The notes under the pieces were generated by a model. That model did no database searches, was not told the DNA's origin, and saw only the letters and a program-made list of their open reading frames with translations. The position numbers were made by a program, and so were the translations under genes. From contig JAZDHH010000007.1 in NCBI GenBank assembly GCA_043806015.1, positions 115,698 to 179,697 of the forward strand: a stretch of DNA of 64,000 nt. Direction: 5' to 3'. Positions 27,763 through 37,882 of the stretch are shown piece after piece (position 1 is the stretch's first letter; every line of letters begins with the position of its first letter). This DNA comes from Nanobdellota archaeon (GTDB lineage: Archaea; Nanobdellota; Nanobdellia; Woesearchaeales; JAHIVG01).

Positions 27763-28443
27763 TCACGGCAGCATCACGCCGTACAGCACCAGGGCAAAAC
27801 GGTCAGCGGCCTTGACCAGGCCCTTCTGGTTGCCCTCGATGATGGCGCAGTTGCCCTGCAGCAGCACCCGCGGCTCAGGCGCGGTCCTGAAGTAGAACAC
27901 CGAGGTGTTGAGGTCGCAGCCGCCGATGGTGATGTTCGAGCACCCTCCATCGTCCGGCTTGGTGCAGGCCTGCTTCAGCCGCACGTTGAAAGCCTGCGTC
28001 AGGGTGACGCCGAGCTCGCCCCAGGCAAGGGTGACATAGCCGAGCTGCGGGTCGTCGGGGTCGAAGGTCATGGTGAAAGAGTCGGAGTAGCCGAAGTCTG
28101 GGCTGAGCTTGCCCTCGATGGCTACGTCAGAGAGGTTCCGGGGGCCATAGTGCAGCGGCACCGAGAACTGCTTGTTGCCACTCCTTATCTGGGTGAACCA
28201 CAGGCCATTCGCCTGCACGAAGGAGAATCCGTTGTAGATATAGCCCTGGTCCGGCTTGAGCTTGCCCTGCAGGTTGAGGGCGTGCAGCTCCTCGATAGTC
28301 TTGGGCGGCTCCTGCTTCGCGCGGAACAGGAAGAAGAGGGAGAAGAAGACGACGAGCATGATGGCGACGGCGATGCCGAGGTAGAGCCAGCTCCTGGCGC
28401 CCTCCTTGCCGTTCTCTGTATCCTCAGCTTCACGCGGTGGCAT
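27763..28443 (-). CDS. Single-pass membrane protein with a Cys-containing ectodomain, tandem paralog A
   Basis: N-terminal TM helix followed by an ectodomain. It is paralogous to the upstream gene, sharing segments such as ...CxxIxxG.QKGL..A.DR....Y.... Confidence 0.45.
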   Translation of the reverse strand: MPPREAEDTENGKEGARSWLYLGIAVAIMLVVFFSLFFLFRAKQEPPKTIEELHALNLQGKLKPDQGYIYNGFSFVQANGLWFTQIRSGNKQFSVPLHYGPRNLSDVAIEGKLSPDFGYSDSFTMTFDPDDPQLGYVTLAWGELGVTLTQAFNVRLKQACTKPDDGGCSNITIGGCDLNTSVFYFRTAPEPRVLLQGNCAIIEGNQKGLVKAADRFALVLYGVMLP

Positions 28444-29014
28444 TCAGGATCCCCAGGTATGTATAATAGAGCCTGTCCTTGGCGATTGCCAGGCCTTGCT
28501 TGTCCCCTTGGAGGATGATGCAGCCGTCCTGGGCGGTAACGCTGACGTTGCCGGTGTCCTTGAGGTAGAGCACGGGCATATAGGAGGTGGCGTTCTGGCA
28601 GGTGACTTCTGGAAGGAGCAGATTGGAGTTGTTCGTGACCCCCATGACCACATAGGTACCGAACAGGGCAGGCATTTCCTTGGACATCTCCAGGCGCAGG
28701 AGGTCGACGGTCGCGCCATCCTCGGCCCCGGGCTCGAAAGTGATCATGACAGCCCTGGCTTGCATCAGCTGGGCCATGACCTCTTTGTCAAGCGGAATCT
28801 CCTGGAGCTTGTCAGGATAGTAGCGGAACTTCAGCCAGGTGCTGTTCACCTGGGTGTAGATGCCGTCCTCCCGGACGGTGAAGCTGTAGCGGCCGTAGCG
28901 CTTCTTCTCGGTCATCTCGTCCGTGAAGTAGCCGGCGATGCTCGTCACCATGATGATGGCGATAGCGACCGTCAGCCAGACAATAGTCTTATTCTTCTTC
29001 TGGCGCCTGACCAT
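28430..29014 (-). CDS. Single-pass membrane protein, tandem paralog B
   Basis: The start was chosen at MVRRQKK because a TATA (tatttaaaccc) lies about 30 nt upstream. Confidence 0.45.
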   Translation of the reverse strand: MVRRQKKNKTIVWLTVAIAIIMVTSIAGYFTDEMTEKKRYGRYSFTVREDGIYTQVNSTWLKFRYYPDKLQEIPLDKEVMAQLMQARAVMITFEPGAEDGATVDLLRLEMSKEMPALFGTYVVMGVTNNSNLLLPEVTCQNATSYMPVLYLKDTGNVSVTAQDGCIILQGDKQGLAIAKDRLYYTYLGILNATA

Positions 29015-29155
29015 GGCTGCCGGACGTCCGGGGGGGTTTAAATAGTTTGCCATGGAATGCCACCGAAATGCGGCCATCGCAAGGCTTAAATACCTCCCCA
29101 TTCAACCTATCGATACCGATATATCGTAAAAGACATATCGATGACGATAGTTTCC

Positions 29156-29659
29156 ATGCACCAAACGCACCTCAAGCTCTACCTCCTGCACTGCCTGAGC
29201 GAGGCTCCGCTCTCGGGCTATGGCCTCATGGCCATGGTCCAGAGGCATTCCGGCAACAGGCCGAGCCCGGGCACCATCTATCCCCTCCTCGCCGAGCTGG
29301 AGAAGGAGGGGCTGATCACGGTGAAGGAGCAAGGAAAGCGGAGGATCAACACCGTCACGCCGGCCGGAAGGAAGGCCTTCCGCAGGGCACTGCTCGAGAA
29401 GAAAGCCCTTTTCGACCGCCTGATCAAGGACGTTCGCCTCGTCGGCCTACTCTGCCCTGACGACGAGACCGTCAACTATTTCATAGAATACATCCGCAAG
29501 ACCCAGGAGGGCAAGGATCCGCTGGGCAAATCAGCGCCGATCGTCTTCACGTTCCGCCACACGCTGCTCAGGACCATCCTCCGCGAGGACTTCCCGTGCA
29601 TCGCCCCCAAATTGAAGCGGATCCTCACAGACGCGACCGCGGAGCTGAACCGCCTATGA
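29156..29659 (+). CDS. PadR-family transcriptional regulator
   Basis: Contains ...SGYGL...SPGTIYPLLAELEKEGLI. Palindromes lie immediately upstream. Confidence 0.85.
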   Translation: MHQTHLKLYLLHCLSEAPLSGYGLMAMVQRHSGNRPSPGTIYPLLAELEKEGLITVKEQGKRRINTVTPAGRKAFRRALLEKKALFDRLIKDVRLVGLLCPDDETVNYFIEYIRKTQEGKDPLGKSAPIVFTFRHTLLRTILREDFPCIAPKLKRILTDATAELNRL

Positions 29660-30375
29660 AAGAGCACAAGAGCCAGGTCAACAAGACCATCATCGAGCTG
29701 CGCGACGTCTGGAAGATCTACCGCATGGGCGAGGTCGAGGTCACCGCCCTCGCAGGCCTCACCCTGAAGGTCGACCGCGGCGAGTTCGTCGCCATCATGG
29801 GGCCTTCCGGCAGCGGCAAGTCGACAGCCATGAACATGGTCGGCTGCCTGGACATCCCAACCAAGGGCGCCATCCTCCTTGACGGGCATGACATCTCGCG
29901 CATGTCCGAGAGCCAGCTCGCCCAGATCCGGGGCAAGAAGATCGGCTTCATCTTCCAGCAATTCAATCTCATCAATACCATGACCGCGATGGAGAACGTC
30001 ATGCTGCCCATGATGTTCCAAGGCCTTTCGCGAGGCGATCGGGAGGCCAGGGCCAAGGCCCTGCTCGAGCTGGTCGAGCTGCAGGACCGCATGCACCACC
30101 GGCCGACTGAGCTGTCAGGAGGCCAGCAGCAGCGCGTCGCCATCGCGCGCTCCCTCGCCAACGACCCGGAGCTCATCCTCGCTGACGAGCCGACCGGCAA
30201 CCTGGACTCGCGGACCGGCACCAATGTCCTCGAGTTCCTCAAGAAGCTCAACCGCGAGCAGAAGAAGACCATCGTCATGGTCACGCACGACAGCGAGCTC
30301 GCGAAGCACGCCGAGCGCATCGAATTCCTCAAAGACGGGAAAATAATCACCAAGCAGAGAGGTGGAACACCATGA
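29656..30375 (+). CDS. ABC transporter ATP-binding protein (MacB/LolD-type)
   Basis: Walker A motif GPSGSGKST, ABC signature LSGGQQQRVAIARSL and Walker B motif ILADEPTGNLD. Confidence 0.9.
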   Translation: MKEHKSQVNKTIIELRDVWKIYRMGEVEVTALAGLTLKVDRGEFVAIMGPSGSGKSTAMNMVGCLDIPTKGAILLDGHDISRMSESQLAQIRGKKIGFIFQQFNLINTMTAMENVMLPMMFQGLSRGDREARAKALLELVELQDRMHHRPTELSGGQQQRVAIARSLANDPELILADEPTGNLDSRTGTNVLEFLKKLNREQKKTIVMVTHDSELAKHAERIEFLKDGKIITKQRGGTP

Positions 30376-31628
30376 GACCGACCATCGTATACATCCTGGC
30401 GCTCCTGTTGCTGGCCGCGCCAGCCCTTGCCGCGACGCTGCCAGGCGTTGACATCACCGCTACGTTCCTGAACCAGGATCCTGATCCTGTCGGGCCGAAC
30501 CGCTACGTCGACCTCCGCTGGCGGATCGAGAACCTCGGCTCTGACGCCGCGCCAAACATCGACGTGGAGATCCTGCCGCAGTACCCCTTCTCCCTCGAGC
30601 CTGGCGAGAGCGGGGTGAAGGCCATCGGCACGATGCTCGGCCGCCAGATGGGCGACCTCGGTGTCGTGGTGAAATACCGTCTCTATGTGGACTCCAATGC
30701 CGTCCCAGGGACGGACACCATCAAGCTCCGCTACCGCACCAACGGCGGCAACTGGGAGGAATTCCCGGAATTCGCGGTGAGCGTGGAATCGCAGGAGTCC
30801 ATCCTCGCCATCGACCAGGTCGAGATGACGCCGCAGAGCGTCGAGCCTGGCCAGACGGTCCAGGTGAGCATCAAGGTGAGGAACATCGCCGACGCCTTGC
30901 TGCGCAACATAAAGGTCAACCTCGATATCAAGGCCCTGCTCCAGACTGCCACCAGCATCACCTATGAGGAGCTGCCCTTCACGCCCGTGGATTCCACGAA
31001 TGAGAAGGTGGTCAAGAGCCTCAAGGCCGGCGAGCAGACCGCGGTGGTCTTCTCACTCATGGTCGATCCCACCGCGTCGCCCAAGGTCTACAAGCTGCCG
31101 ATCGTGGTGCATTACACCGACGACTATGGCCGGAACACCTCGCGCACCTTCTACACCAGCATGGTGGTCACCAGCAAGCCTTCCCTCGCCATCCAGCTCG
31201 AGAAGGCAGACCTGCTCACCGCCAACAGCAAGGGCAAGGTGATCGTCAAGTTCATCAACAAGGGCCTGAACCGGGTCAAGTTCCTCGACGCCACGATCGG
31301 CACGCAGAGCAACTACGACCTGCTCTCCGCCAAGGAGAGCTACATCGGCAACATCGACTCGGACGACTATGAGACGCTCGAGATCGAGCTCTTCGTAAAG
31401 CCGGACGGCGACAAGCTCGTCATCCCGGTCGCGGTGAGCTATATGGACGAGAACAATAATGCCTACCAGCAGAGCAAGGACATCGAGGTCCGCCTCTACA
31501 CCGCGGAGGAGATCGGGAAGCTCGGGCTCAAGCCGAAAAGCAGCCTGCCCGTCGTGCTTATCGTCATCGCCCTGGTGGTGGTCGGCATCATCATCTTCCG
31601 TCTGACCCGGCGGAAAAAGCGCTCATGA
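30372..31628 (+). CDS. Secreted, C-terminally TM-anchored beta-rich protein (COG1361/DUF11-like ABC-associated component)
   Basis: Signal peptide, then an ectodomain of about 380 aa, then a C-terminal TM helix followed by RRKKRS. Confidence 0.55.
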   Translation: MRPTIVYILALLLLAAPALAATLPGVDITATFLNQDPDPVGPNRYVDLRWRIENLGSDAAPNIDVEILPQYPFSLEPGESGVKAIGTMLGRQMGDLGVVVKYRLYVDSNAVPGTDTIKLRYRTNGGNWEEFPEFAVSVESQESILAIDQVEMTPQSVEPGQTVQVSIKVRNIADALLRNIKVNLDIKALLQTATSITYEELPFTPVDSTNEKVVKSLKAGEQTAVVFSLMVDPTASPKVYKLPIVVHYTDDYGRNTSRTFYTSMVVTSKPSLAIQLEKADLLTANSKGKVIVKFINKGLNRVKFLDATIGTQSNYDLLSAKESYIGNIDSDDYETLEIELFVKPDGDKLVIPVAVSYMDENNNAYQQSKDIEVRLYTAEEIGKLGLKPKSSLPVVLIVIALVVVGIIIFRLTRRKKRS

Positions 31629-32845
31629 TCAGGGATTTCTTTCTTTTTTCCATCCAGAACCTCAGGGAGCGCAAGGTCCGCTCCTGGCTGACCATGATAG
31701 GCGTCTTCATCGGCATCACCGCCGTGGTAGCCATCATCAGCCTCGGCCAGGGTCTACAGGTGGCCATCGACGAGCAGTTCGCGACGCTCGGCACTGACAA
31801 GATATTCATCACCCCGGGGAGCGATTTCTTCAGCGGCTCCAGCACGTCCGTGAAGCTCACCGAGAAGGATCGCAAGGTGATAGAGCGGGTTCCTGGTGTC
31901 AGGGACACGCTCGCCTTCTCCTACAAGAGCGGCAAGGTCGATTACAAGGACCAGGAAGCGTATGTCCTTGTCATGGGCGTTTCGCTTGACCAGGGTGAAG
32001 CGGTCTGGAAGGACACCTGGGGCAAGGATGTCGTGGAAGGGCGGCTTTTGGAAAAGGGGGATAGCACGAAAGTGTACTTAACCTATGATTATACAAATGA
32101 CAAGAAGGTCTTCGACCACCGGGTGAAGCTCTATGACAATGTAGTGGTCAACGGCCAGCAGTTCCAGGTGGTCGGCTTCCAGAAGCAGGTCGGCAACTCG
32201 GGGGATGATCAGACAGCTTATCTCACGGCCGGCGCCTACCAGCGCGTCTTCGGGGAGAGGATGGAGGACGACTACAAGCAGCTTCTCGTCCGCACCCAGG
32301 AGGGCGTCGATCCCGCCGCTGTGGCGGAAAGGCTCCGCAAGGACCTCCGCGACTACCGCGGCCTCAAGGAAGGCGACGAGGACTTCACGCTCCAGACAGC
32401 GGAGCAGCTCATGGATAGCTTCAACGCCATCTTCCTGATCGTGCAGGTGGTCATCATCGGCATCGCCGCCATCTCGCTCGTCGTCGGCGGCATCGGAATC
32501 ATGAACACCATGTACACGGCCGTGCTGCAGCGCACCCGGGAGATCGGCGTCATGAAGGCAATCGGAGCCACGAATCGGAATATCATGACCCTGTTCCTCA
32601 TCGAGTCCGGGATGCTCGGCCTGGTGGGCGGCATCATCGGCGTCGCCTTCGGCTTGGGCATCGCGAAGCTGACCGAGGTCGGTGGCACGCTCACCATCGG
32701 CACACCCTACCTGCGCGCCTGGTGGAGCTGGTCCCTGATCCTTGGAGCCCTTGCCTTCGGCTTCCTGGTCGGCGCCTTGTCCGGGCTCCTCCCGGCCATC
32801 CAGGCGTCGCGGCAGCAGCCGGTCGAAGCCCTGAGGTATGAGTGA
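31625..32845 (+). CDS. ABC transporter permease, FtsX/MacB family
   Basis: An N-terminal TM helix, a large periplasmic loop and a C-terminal FtsX 3-TM block (...GGIGIMNTMYTAVLQRTREIGVMKAIGAT...). Confidence 0.85.
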   Translation: MIRDFFLFSIQNLRERKVRSWLTMIGVFIGITAVVAIISLGQGLQVAIDEQFATLGTDKIFITPGSDFFSGSSTSVKLTEKDRKVIERVPGVRDTLAFSYKSGKVDYKDQEAYVLVMGVSLDQGEAVWKDTWGKDVVEGRLLEKGDSTKVYLTYDYTNDKKVFDHRVKLYDNVVVNGQQFQVVGFQKQVGNSGDDQTAYLTAGAYQRVFGERMEDDYKQLLVRTQEGVDPAAVAERLRKDLRDYRGLKEGDEDFTLQTAEQLMDSFNAIFLIVQVVIIGIAAISLVVGGIGIMNTMYTAVLQRTREIGVMKAIGATNRNIMTLFLIESGMLGLVGGIIGVAFGLGIAKLTEVGGTLTIGTPYLRAWWSWSLILGALAFGFLVGALSGLLPAIQASRQQPVEALRYE

Positions 32846-34080
32846 TGATCCGCGACTATCTCCAGGTGGCCATGCAGAGCCTGATGCACCGGAGGCTCCG
32901 CTCCTGGCTGACCATGATCGGCATCTTCATCGGCATCGCTGCCGTCGTGTCCCTCATCTCGCTCGGCCAGGGCATGCAGTACGCGATTGAGAACCAGTTC
33001 TTCCAGCTCGGGGCGGACAAGCTCACCATCCAGACGAAGGGCGTCGCTACCGGCCCGCCGGGGAGCAATTCGGGCGTCACCCTCGGGAAAGGCGACCTCC
33101 AGGTCGTGCGCCGTGCCACTGGAGTGAAGGTCGCGACCGGAAGGCTCATCGAATCGATCTCTGTCAAGTTCAATGACAAGACGCGCTTCCTCTACCTCGC
33201 CTCCTTGCCCCAGGACTCCGCGGAGCGGGCCATGGTGACGCAGGTGGCCAACGTCGAGGAGGGAGATATAGCCTACGGCAGGTCCTTGCGCCCCGATGAC
33301 CAGCGGAAGGTCATCATGAGCGTGGATTACTACAACGACCCGAAGTTCGGCGGAAAGGCGCTGCGCGTGGGGGACAAGATCCTGGTCAACGACCAGCCTG
33401 TCGATGTCGTCGGCTTCTTCAAGAAGACAGGCAACCCCTTTGTGGACATGTCCTTCGTGATGAACGAGGAACCGCTGCGCAAGCTCCTCAACATCCCTGA
33501 TCGCATCGGCTTGATCGTCGCGCAGGTCGAGCCTGGAGCGGACATGGACGTCGTCGCCCAGGCCGTGGAGAAGGACCTCAGGAGATACCGGGGCGTCAAG
33601 GAGGGCAAGGAGGACTTCGAGGTCCGGAGCGCCAAAGAGACGCTCGACACCTTCAAGACCGTCCTCAACATCGTCACCGCCGTGCTCATCGGCATCGCTT
33701 CCATCTCGCTCATCGTCGGCGGCATCGGCATCATGAACACCATGTACACGTCGGTGCTCGAGCGCACCAAGGAGATCGGCATCATGAAGGCCATCGGCGC
33801 AACGAACAGGGACATCCTGCTCATCTTCCTCTTCGAGTCCGGCCTGCTGGGGATGGCCGGCGGCGCGATCGGCATCGCCATCGGCATCGGCCTCAGCAAG
33901 GCGGTGGAGGTCATCGCCCGGGCGCAGCTCGGCACCAGCCTCATCCAGGCGCATTTCCCGCTCTACCTTGTCCTCGGGTCATTGGCTTTTTCCTTCGGTA
34001 TCGGGACGCTCGCCGGCGTGCTTCCCGCTCGGCAGGCCGCGAACCTGCAGCCGGTCCAGGCCTTGCGATCGACGAAGTAG
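32842..34080 (+). CDS. ABC transporter permease, FtsX/MacB family (second copy)
   Basis: Paralogous to the permease at 31625-32845. Confidence 0.85.
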   Translation: MMIRDYLQVAMQSLMHRRLRSWLTMIGIFIGIAAVVSLISLGQGMQYAIENQFFQLGADKLTIQTKGVATGPPGSNSGVTLGKGDLQVVRRATGVKVATGRLIESISVKFNDKTRFLYLASLPQDSAERAMVTQVANVEEGDIAYGRSLRPDDQRKVIMSVDYYNDPKFGGKALRVGDKILVNDQPVDVVGFFKKTGNPFVDMSFVMNEEPLRKLLNIPDRIGLIVAQVEPGADMDVVAQAVEKDLRRYRGVKEGKEDFEVRSAKETLDTFKTVLNIVTAVLIGIASISLIVGGIGIMNTMYTSVLERTKEIGIMKAIGATNRDILLIFLFESGLLGMAGGAIGIAIGIGLSKAVEVIARAQLGTSLIQAHFPLYLVLGSLAFSFGIGTLAGVLPARQAANLQPVQALRSTK

Positions 34081-34117
34081 CAAAAAGAATAAATAATCAG
34101 ACGTTTTATCCCCCACC

Positions 34118-34534
34118 ATGGTTGACGGATCCCCCGAGACGGGCGCCCTTAATATCGGCGTTGTCATCAGCGCTATCGTGGTGTTGCTGCTCATCGGGAC
34201 CTATGCCTACTACGCGCTCGAGGGCTGGAGTGTCATCGACTGCTTCTATTTCTCTGCGACGACGCTGACGACGGTCGGCTACGGCGACCTGCATCCGACC
34301 CATAACGCCACCAAGATATTCACTGCTGTCTTTGCCATCTTCGGGGTCGGGGTGATGCTCACGTCCGCGACATACCTCGCCCACAAGTACCTCCTCGGCC
34401 AGCATGTGCTCTTCCATCGGCGGATCGTCAAGACGACGAACCGGGTGACCCATAAGGTGGAGAAGTCGATGAAGCGCTTGGATCATCTGAGAAAAGATAA
34501 GAATATCATGGGCAAGATCATCCCGAGGAAGTAG
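34118..34534 (+). CDS. Two-TM potassium channel
   Basis: Contains the TTVGYGD selectivity filter. Confidence 0.8.
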   Translation: MVDGSPETGALNIGVVISAIVVLLLIGTYAYYALEGWSVIDCFYFSATTLTTVGYGDLHPTHNATKIFTAVFAIFGVGVMLTSATYLAHKYLLGQHVLFHRRIVKTTNRVTHKVEKSMKRLDHLRKDKNIMGKIIPRK

Positions 34535-34535
34535 T

Positions 34536-34856
34536 ATGCACGAGACCGCCATCGCCGTGGGCATCATCAGGGAGGCCGAGCGCCACGGCAGAGTGCTCGA
34601 ACTGGATCTTGAGATCGGCGAGCTCGCCCACGTCCCGGCCCATGAGCTGGTCGAGGCTCTGCGGCGCATGATTCCCTGGAAGGTGCATCACACGGAAAAG
34701 CCTGCCCGGGTGCGCTGCGCCTGCGGCTTCATTGGCCATCCCACGGTCCTCGAGCGTGGCCATGACGCCTTCCTCATCGAATGTCCGGACTGCAAGGCCA
34801 TCCCCGACATCGTCGACGGCACGGACATCAAGATCGTCAAGGTGAGGGTCGCCTGA
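34536..34856 (+). CDS. hypA: Hydrogenase nickel-incorporation protein HypA
   Basis: N-terminal MHETAIA... and C-terminal CxxC...CxxC (CACGF...CPDC). Confidence 0.85.
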   Translation: MHETAIAVGIIREAERHGRVLELDLEIGELAHVPAHELVEALRRMIPWKVHHTEKPARVRCACGFIGHPTVLERGHDAFLIECPDCKAIPDIVDGTDIKIVKVRVA

Positions 34857-35071
34857 TGTGCCTCGCCGTTCCCGGGAGGGTTGTCAAGGTGCAGGAGGAT
34901 GCTGTCGTGGTTGATTACGGCAGCGAGCAGCGCGTCGGCAGGCTCATCGAAGGGGAGGTTGCTGTTGGTGACTTTGTTCTCATCCAGGGTGGCATCATCG
35001 TCGAGAAGGTCGACCCTGGGGAAGCGAGGGAAGCCCTCAGGCTCTATCAGCAAGCGTGTTCATCACGCTGA
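34856..35071 (+). CDS. hypC: Hydrogenase assembly chaperone HypC/HupF
   Basis: N-terminal MCLAVPG. Confidence 0.85.
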   Translation: MCLAVPGRVVKVQEDAVVVDYGSEQRVGRLIEGEVAVGDFVLIQGGIIVEKVDPGEAREALRLYQQACSSR

Positions 35072-35768
35072 ATATTTTCTGCGTGTATTTCTTCAGGTTT
35101 GAGAGCTGGCCCTCCGAGAGCACAAGCGGCGCGAAGCCCCAATGCATCGCCACGGTGTCGCCGGCCTTGACATGAGGCATCATGGCCGGCAGGAAGACCG
35201 CTGTCCGAACCTCTTCCTCGCCGAGGGAAAAAAGATTGTCCTCGCGGATGAGCTGCCTTCGCTTGACCAGGAGCTGCGCTTCCTGCACTGAGATCACCTT
35301 TCCCGCGCTGATACGGCAATGGTCCATGGTCTGCAGGGTGGTGGGGACTGCCTTGGTCGTGTTGCCCACGCCGACGTAGAAGACGTTGAAGTCGTGGTGC
35401 GGCACGAAGCCGTCCGGCAGGTTACCGATGAGGCGTGTCGCGAGGCGCTCGGGGAGCCCGCGCTGCTGCAGCTGCCTGATGATGGCGCGCATGTCCTCCA
35501 CTGTGAATCCTTCGAGAAGCCGGTTGCCGAGCCAGTACGCTTCGACAACGTCAGGATCCGTGAAGGCCTTCCCCGCCTTCGCCGCGATCGCGGAAAGGTA
35601 CGGGTAAAGCGCTTCGAAGCGCCTCAGCTTCTCCTCGACCTGGGCCGCGGATTCATGGCCGTGACTGCCAAGGTAGCTTAGGAACGCCGCTTCCGCATCT
35701 TTCGGCCCGCAGAAGCGCAGCTGGTTGGTGATGTACGAGAAGCGGACCGCGAGCTCAAGCCCGTCCAT
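35037..35768 (-). CDS. Conserved hypothetical protein
   Basis: 243-aa ORF that lies within the hydrogenase neighbourhood. Confidence 0.4.
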   Translation of the reverse strand: MDGLELAVRFSYITNQLRFCGPKDAEAAFLSYLGSHGHESAAQVEEKLRRFEALYPYLSAIAAKAGKAFTDPDVVEAYWLGNRLLEGFTVEDMRAIIRQLQQRGLPERLATRLIGNLPDGFVPHHDFNVFYVGVGNTTKAVPTTLQTMDHCRISAGKVISVQEAQLLVKRRQLIREDNLFSLGEEEVRTAVFLPAMMPHVKAGDTVAMHWGFAPLVLSEGQLSNLKKYTQKIFSVMNTLADRA

Positions 35769-36654
35769 CCTGCAGCGCCAGCTTTCCGGTCGAGCCCGCG
35801 AAGACCACCGCGCCCACGCCGGCGATGATGAGGAGCATGCCCACGGCGTCGACTGCGCTCACTGCCGCGCCATTGAACACGGCATGCAGCAGGGTTGTTA
35901 TCGGCAGCCCGAGACTGAGGATGCATGCCGCGGTGCTCACCGGGATGTGGCTGATGCCGTTGTAGAACGTGAGGACATATGCCAGCAGGAAAACGCCGGT
36001 CACCAGGATCCAGGAGAGCTGCGTCGAGGTGAACGTGGTGAGCAGCGCCGCCTTGCCCGAGATCGCGAGGTAGGCGAGGAGGAAAAGCGAGCCGAAGAGC
36101 ATCCTGCCGAAGGCGACGATGGTGCCGCACATGCCCTGCACAGCGTACTTGGCGATGACGTTCTCCATGGCCCAGAGCAGCACAGCGCCGAGGATGAGCA
36201 GATGCTCAGGGGCGAACGCGAATGCCGGCCTGATGAGGGCCGCGCTTCCCAGGAGGATGAGCAGGCTGCCGAGGAAAAAGCCTTTGCTCAGCCGCTCTTT
36301 GAGGAACAGCACCGCGAAAAGGCCGACAAAGAGGAACAGGGTCTTGTGCAGGAACGCGCCGGTCATGCCACTCGTCATCCTGAGCCCTTCGAAGAAGAGG
36401 ATGAATGGTATCGAGCCTCCCACCAGGCCGATGAGGGCGAGCGTCAGCCATTCCCTCCGGCTGAGGGAGCGCAGCTGTTCCCATTGGCCTATGCCGATGA
36501 TGAGCGCTCCGAGGAGGGTGGCGACGAGCGCGACCTTCGCGAAGGCGAAGACCGCTGCGTCGAATTCCTTGACCCCGTAGCTGTTGATGAAGATCGAGAA
36601 GCCGGAGATGACCGCGGTCATCAGGACAAGGCTGTAGCCCTTGTTCAGAGCCAT
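35755..36654 (-). CDS. EamA-family (DMT superfamily) transporter
   Basis: 10-TM protein with duplicated EamA halves. Confidence 0.8.
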   Translation of the reverse strand: MALNKGYSLVLMTAVISGFSIFINSYGVKEFDAAVFAFAKVALVATLLGALIIGIGQWEQLRSLSRREWLTLALIGLVGGSIPFILFFEGLRMTSGMTGAFLHKTLFLFVGLFAVLFLKERLSKGFFLGSLLILLGSAALIRPAFAFAPEHLLILGAVLLWAMENVIAKYAVQGMCGTIVAFGRMLFGSLFLLAYLAISGKAALLTTFTSTQLSWILVTGVFLLAYVLTFYNGISHIPVSTAACILSLGLPITTLLHAVFNGAAVSAVDAVGMLLIIAGVGAVVFAGSTGKLALQDGRA

Positions 36655-37010
36655 GCTCTCACCTTGGTGGCGATCGCAGCGGCGTTGCCCTGCTCCGGGA
36701 TGCCGATGATCCTCACTTTCTTCTCCTGGCCCATGTTTGCCATGAGGGAGAGGAAATAGCCGAGGTCCATGTCGTGCGTCGTCGTGATCGGCCGGGTCCT
36801 GACCTGCCGGATGTCGTCTATGATGACCGGCTCCACAGCGCCCCTGACGATGTCGAGCACGAGGATCTCCTCCTCGCCCTCTTCAAGCAGCTGGTCGGGA
36901 GAGCGGCAGAACACCGTGTCCGCGTGCTCCCGCAGGTGATGCGCGACGCTGTGCGCCATGCTGTCGTGGGGCAGGTACTCGTTCCCGAAGACGAAGAGCT
37001 TTCTCATCAA
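36645..37010 (-). CDS. Hydrogenase maturation endopeptidase (HycI/HybD-like)
   Basis: Sequence LFVFGNEYLPHDSMAH... in a gene of the expected size located next to the hydrogenase large subunit. Confidence 0.5.
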   Translation of the reverse strand: MMRKLFVFGNEYLPHDSMAHSVAHHLREHADTVFCRSPDQLLEEGEEEILVLDIVRGAVEPVIIDDIRQVRTRPITTTHDMDLGYFLSLMANMGQEKKVRIIGIPEQGNAAAIATKVRAWL

Positions 37011-37873
37011 GGCCTCACCGACCGCAATAATGCGAGGGAGGTTAAAAACGTTCCGGCCATGCCGATGGTCGCGACGAGCATCGACGCTGCTATCCCGGTC
37101 AAGCCGAGAAAGGCGTAGCCTTCAAAAGGCGTCACCCAGAGCCTGGTCGCATGGTTAGAGAACCCGAAGCGGAGGGAGACGCTGTCCAGGCCGTCCGGAA
37201 GCGTCGAGGCGAACGGCACTGCAAGCACTGTGATGGCGCCGCCGACCAGGAGAACCTGCTTCCAGGAGATGCGTTTGGGGGAGAGGATCGCGAAGCCGCT
37301 GAGCGCTGCGATTGAGAAGAGCGTTATCATGGCTTCTCCGATGCCGATGAAGAAATGCGTCGAGGCCATCGCACTGAGGACCGGGAGCAAGGCCATCCCG
37401 CTGCCCAACCAAAGGCCGACGCTGCAGCTCACCGCCGCCGCGACGACGCTCGCGAGGGAAGCCAGGAACCTGCTGGCGTTCGACTTCCGCAGGGAGAGGA
37501 AAACGATGTGTGTGGTGAAGCTTCCCACAACCGCCATGTTGAACACGTTGAAGCCGAAGGCGAGGGTGCCGCCATCTCCGAACGCGAACGCCTGCACGCC
37601 GAGAACAAGCGCGATGGCGACCGTCGCGGCATACGGGCCGTAGAGGAGCGTGATCAGGGCGGCGCCGACAAAATGGCCTGACGTTCCGGGATTGATGGGG
37701 AAGTTGAGCATCTGGAGGCCGAACACGAGGGCGCTGATGGCGGCGATGCCGAGGAGCCGCTCTTTGGTGAGCGTGCGCCTGAGCTTCAGGACCGAAAAGG
37801 AGGTGATGCCTCCGGCGAGGAGGAGATACAGGATACAGACCCAGCTGGTGATGAATCCGTCAGGAGTGTGCAT
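37007..37873 (-). CDS. CbiM/NikM-family substrate-capture component of an ECF-type Ni/Co transporter
   Basis: The N-terminal MHTPDGF signature and a polytopic membrane topology. Confidence 0.65.
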   Translation of the reverse strand: MHTPDGFITSWVCILYLLLAGGITSFSVLKLRRTLTKERLLGIAAISALVFGLQMLNFPINPGTSGHFVGAALITLLYGPYAATVAIALVLGVQAFAFGDGGTLAFGFNVFNMAVVGSFTTHIVFLSLRKSNASRFLASLASVVAAAVSCSVGLWLGSGMALLPVLSAMASTHFFIGIGEAMITLFSIAALSGFAILSPKRISWKQVLLVGGAITVLAVPFASTLPDGLDSVSLRFGFSNHATRLWVTPFEGYAFLGLTGIAASMLVATIGMAGTFLTSLALLRSVRP

Positions 37874-37882
37874 GGTAACACC

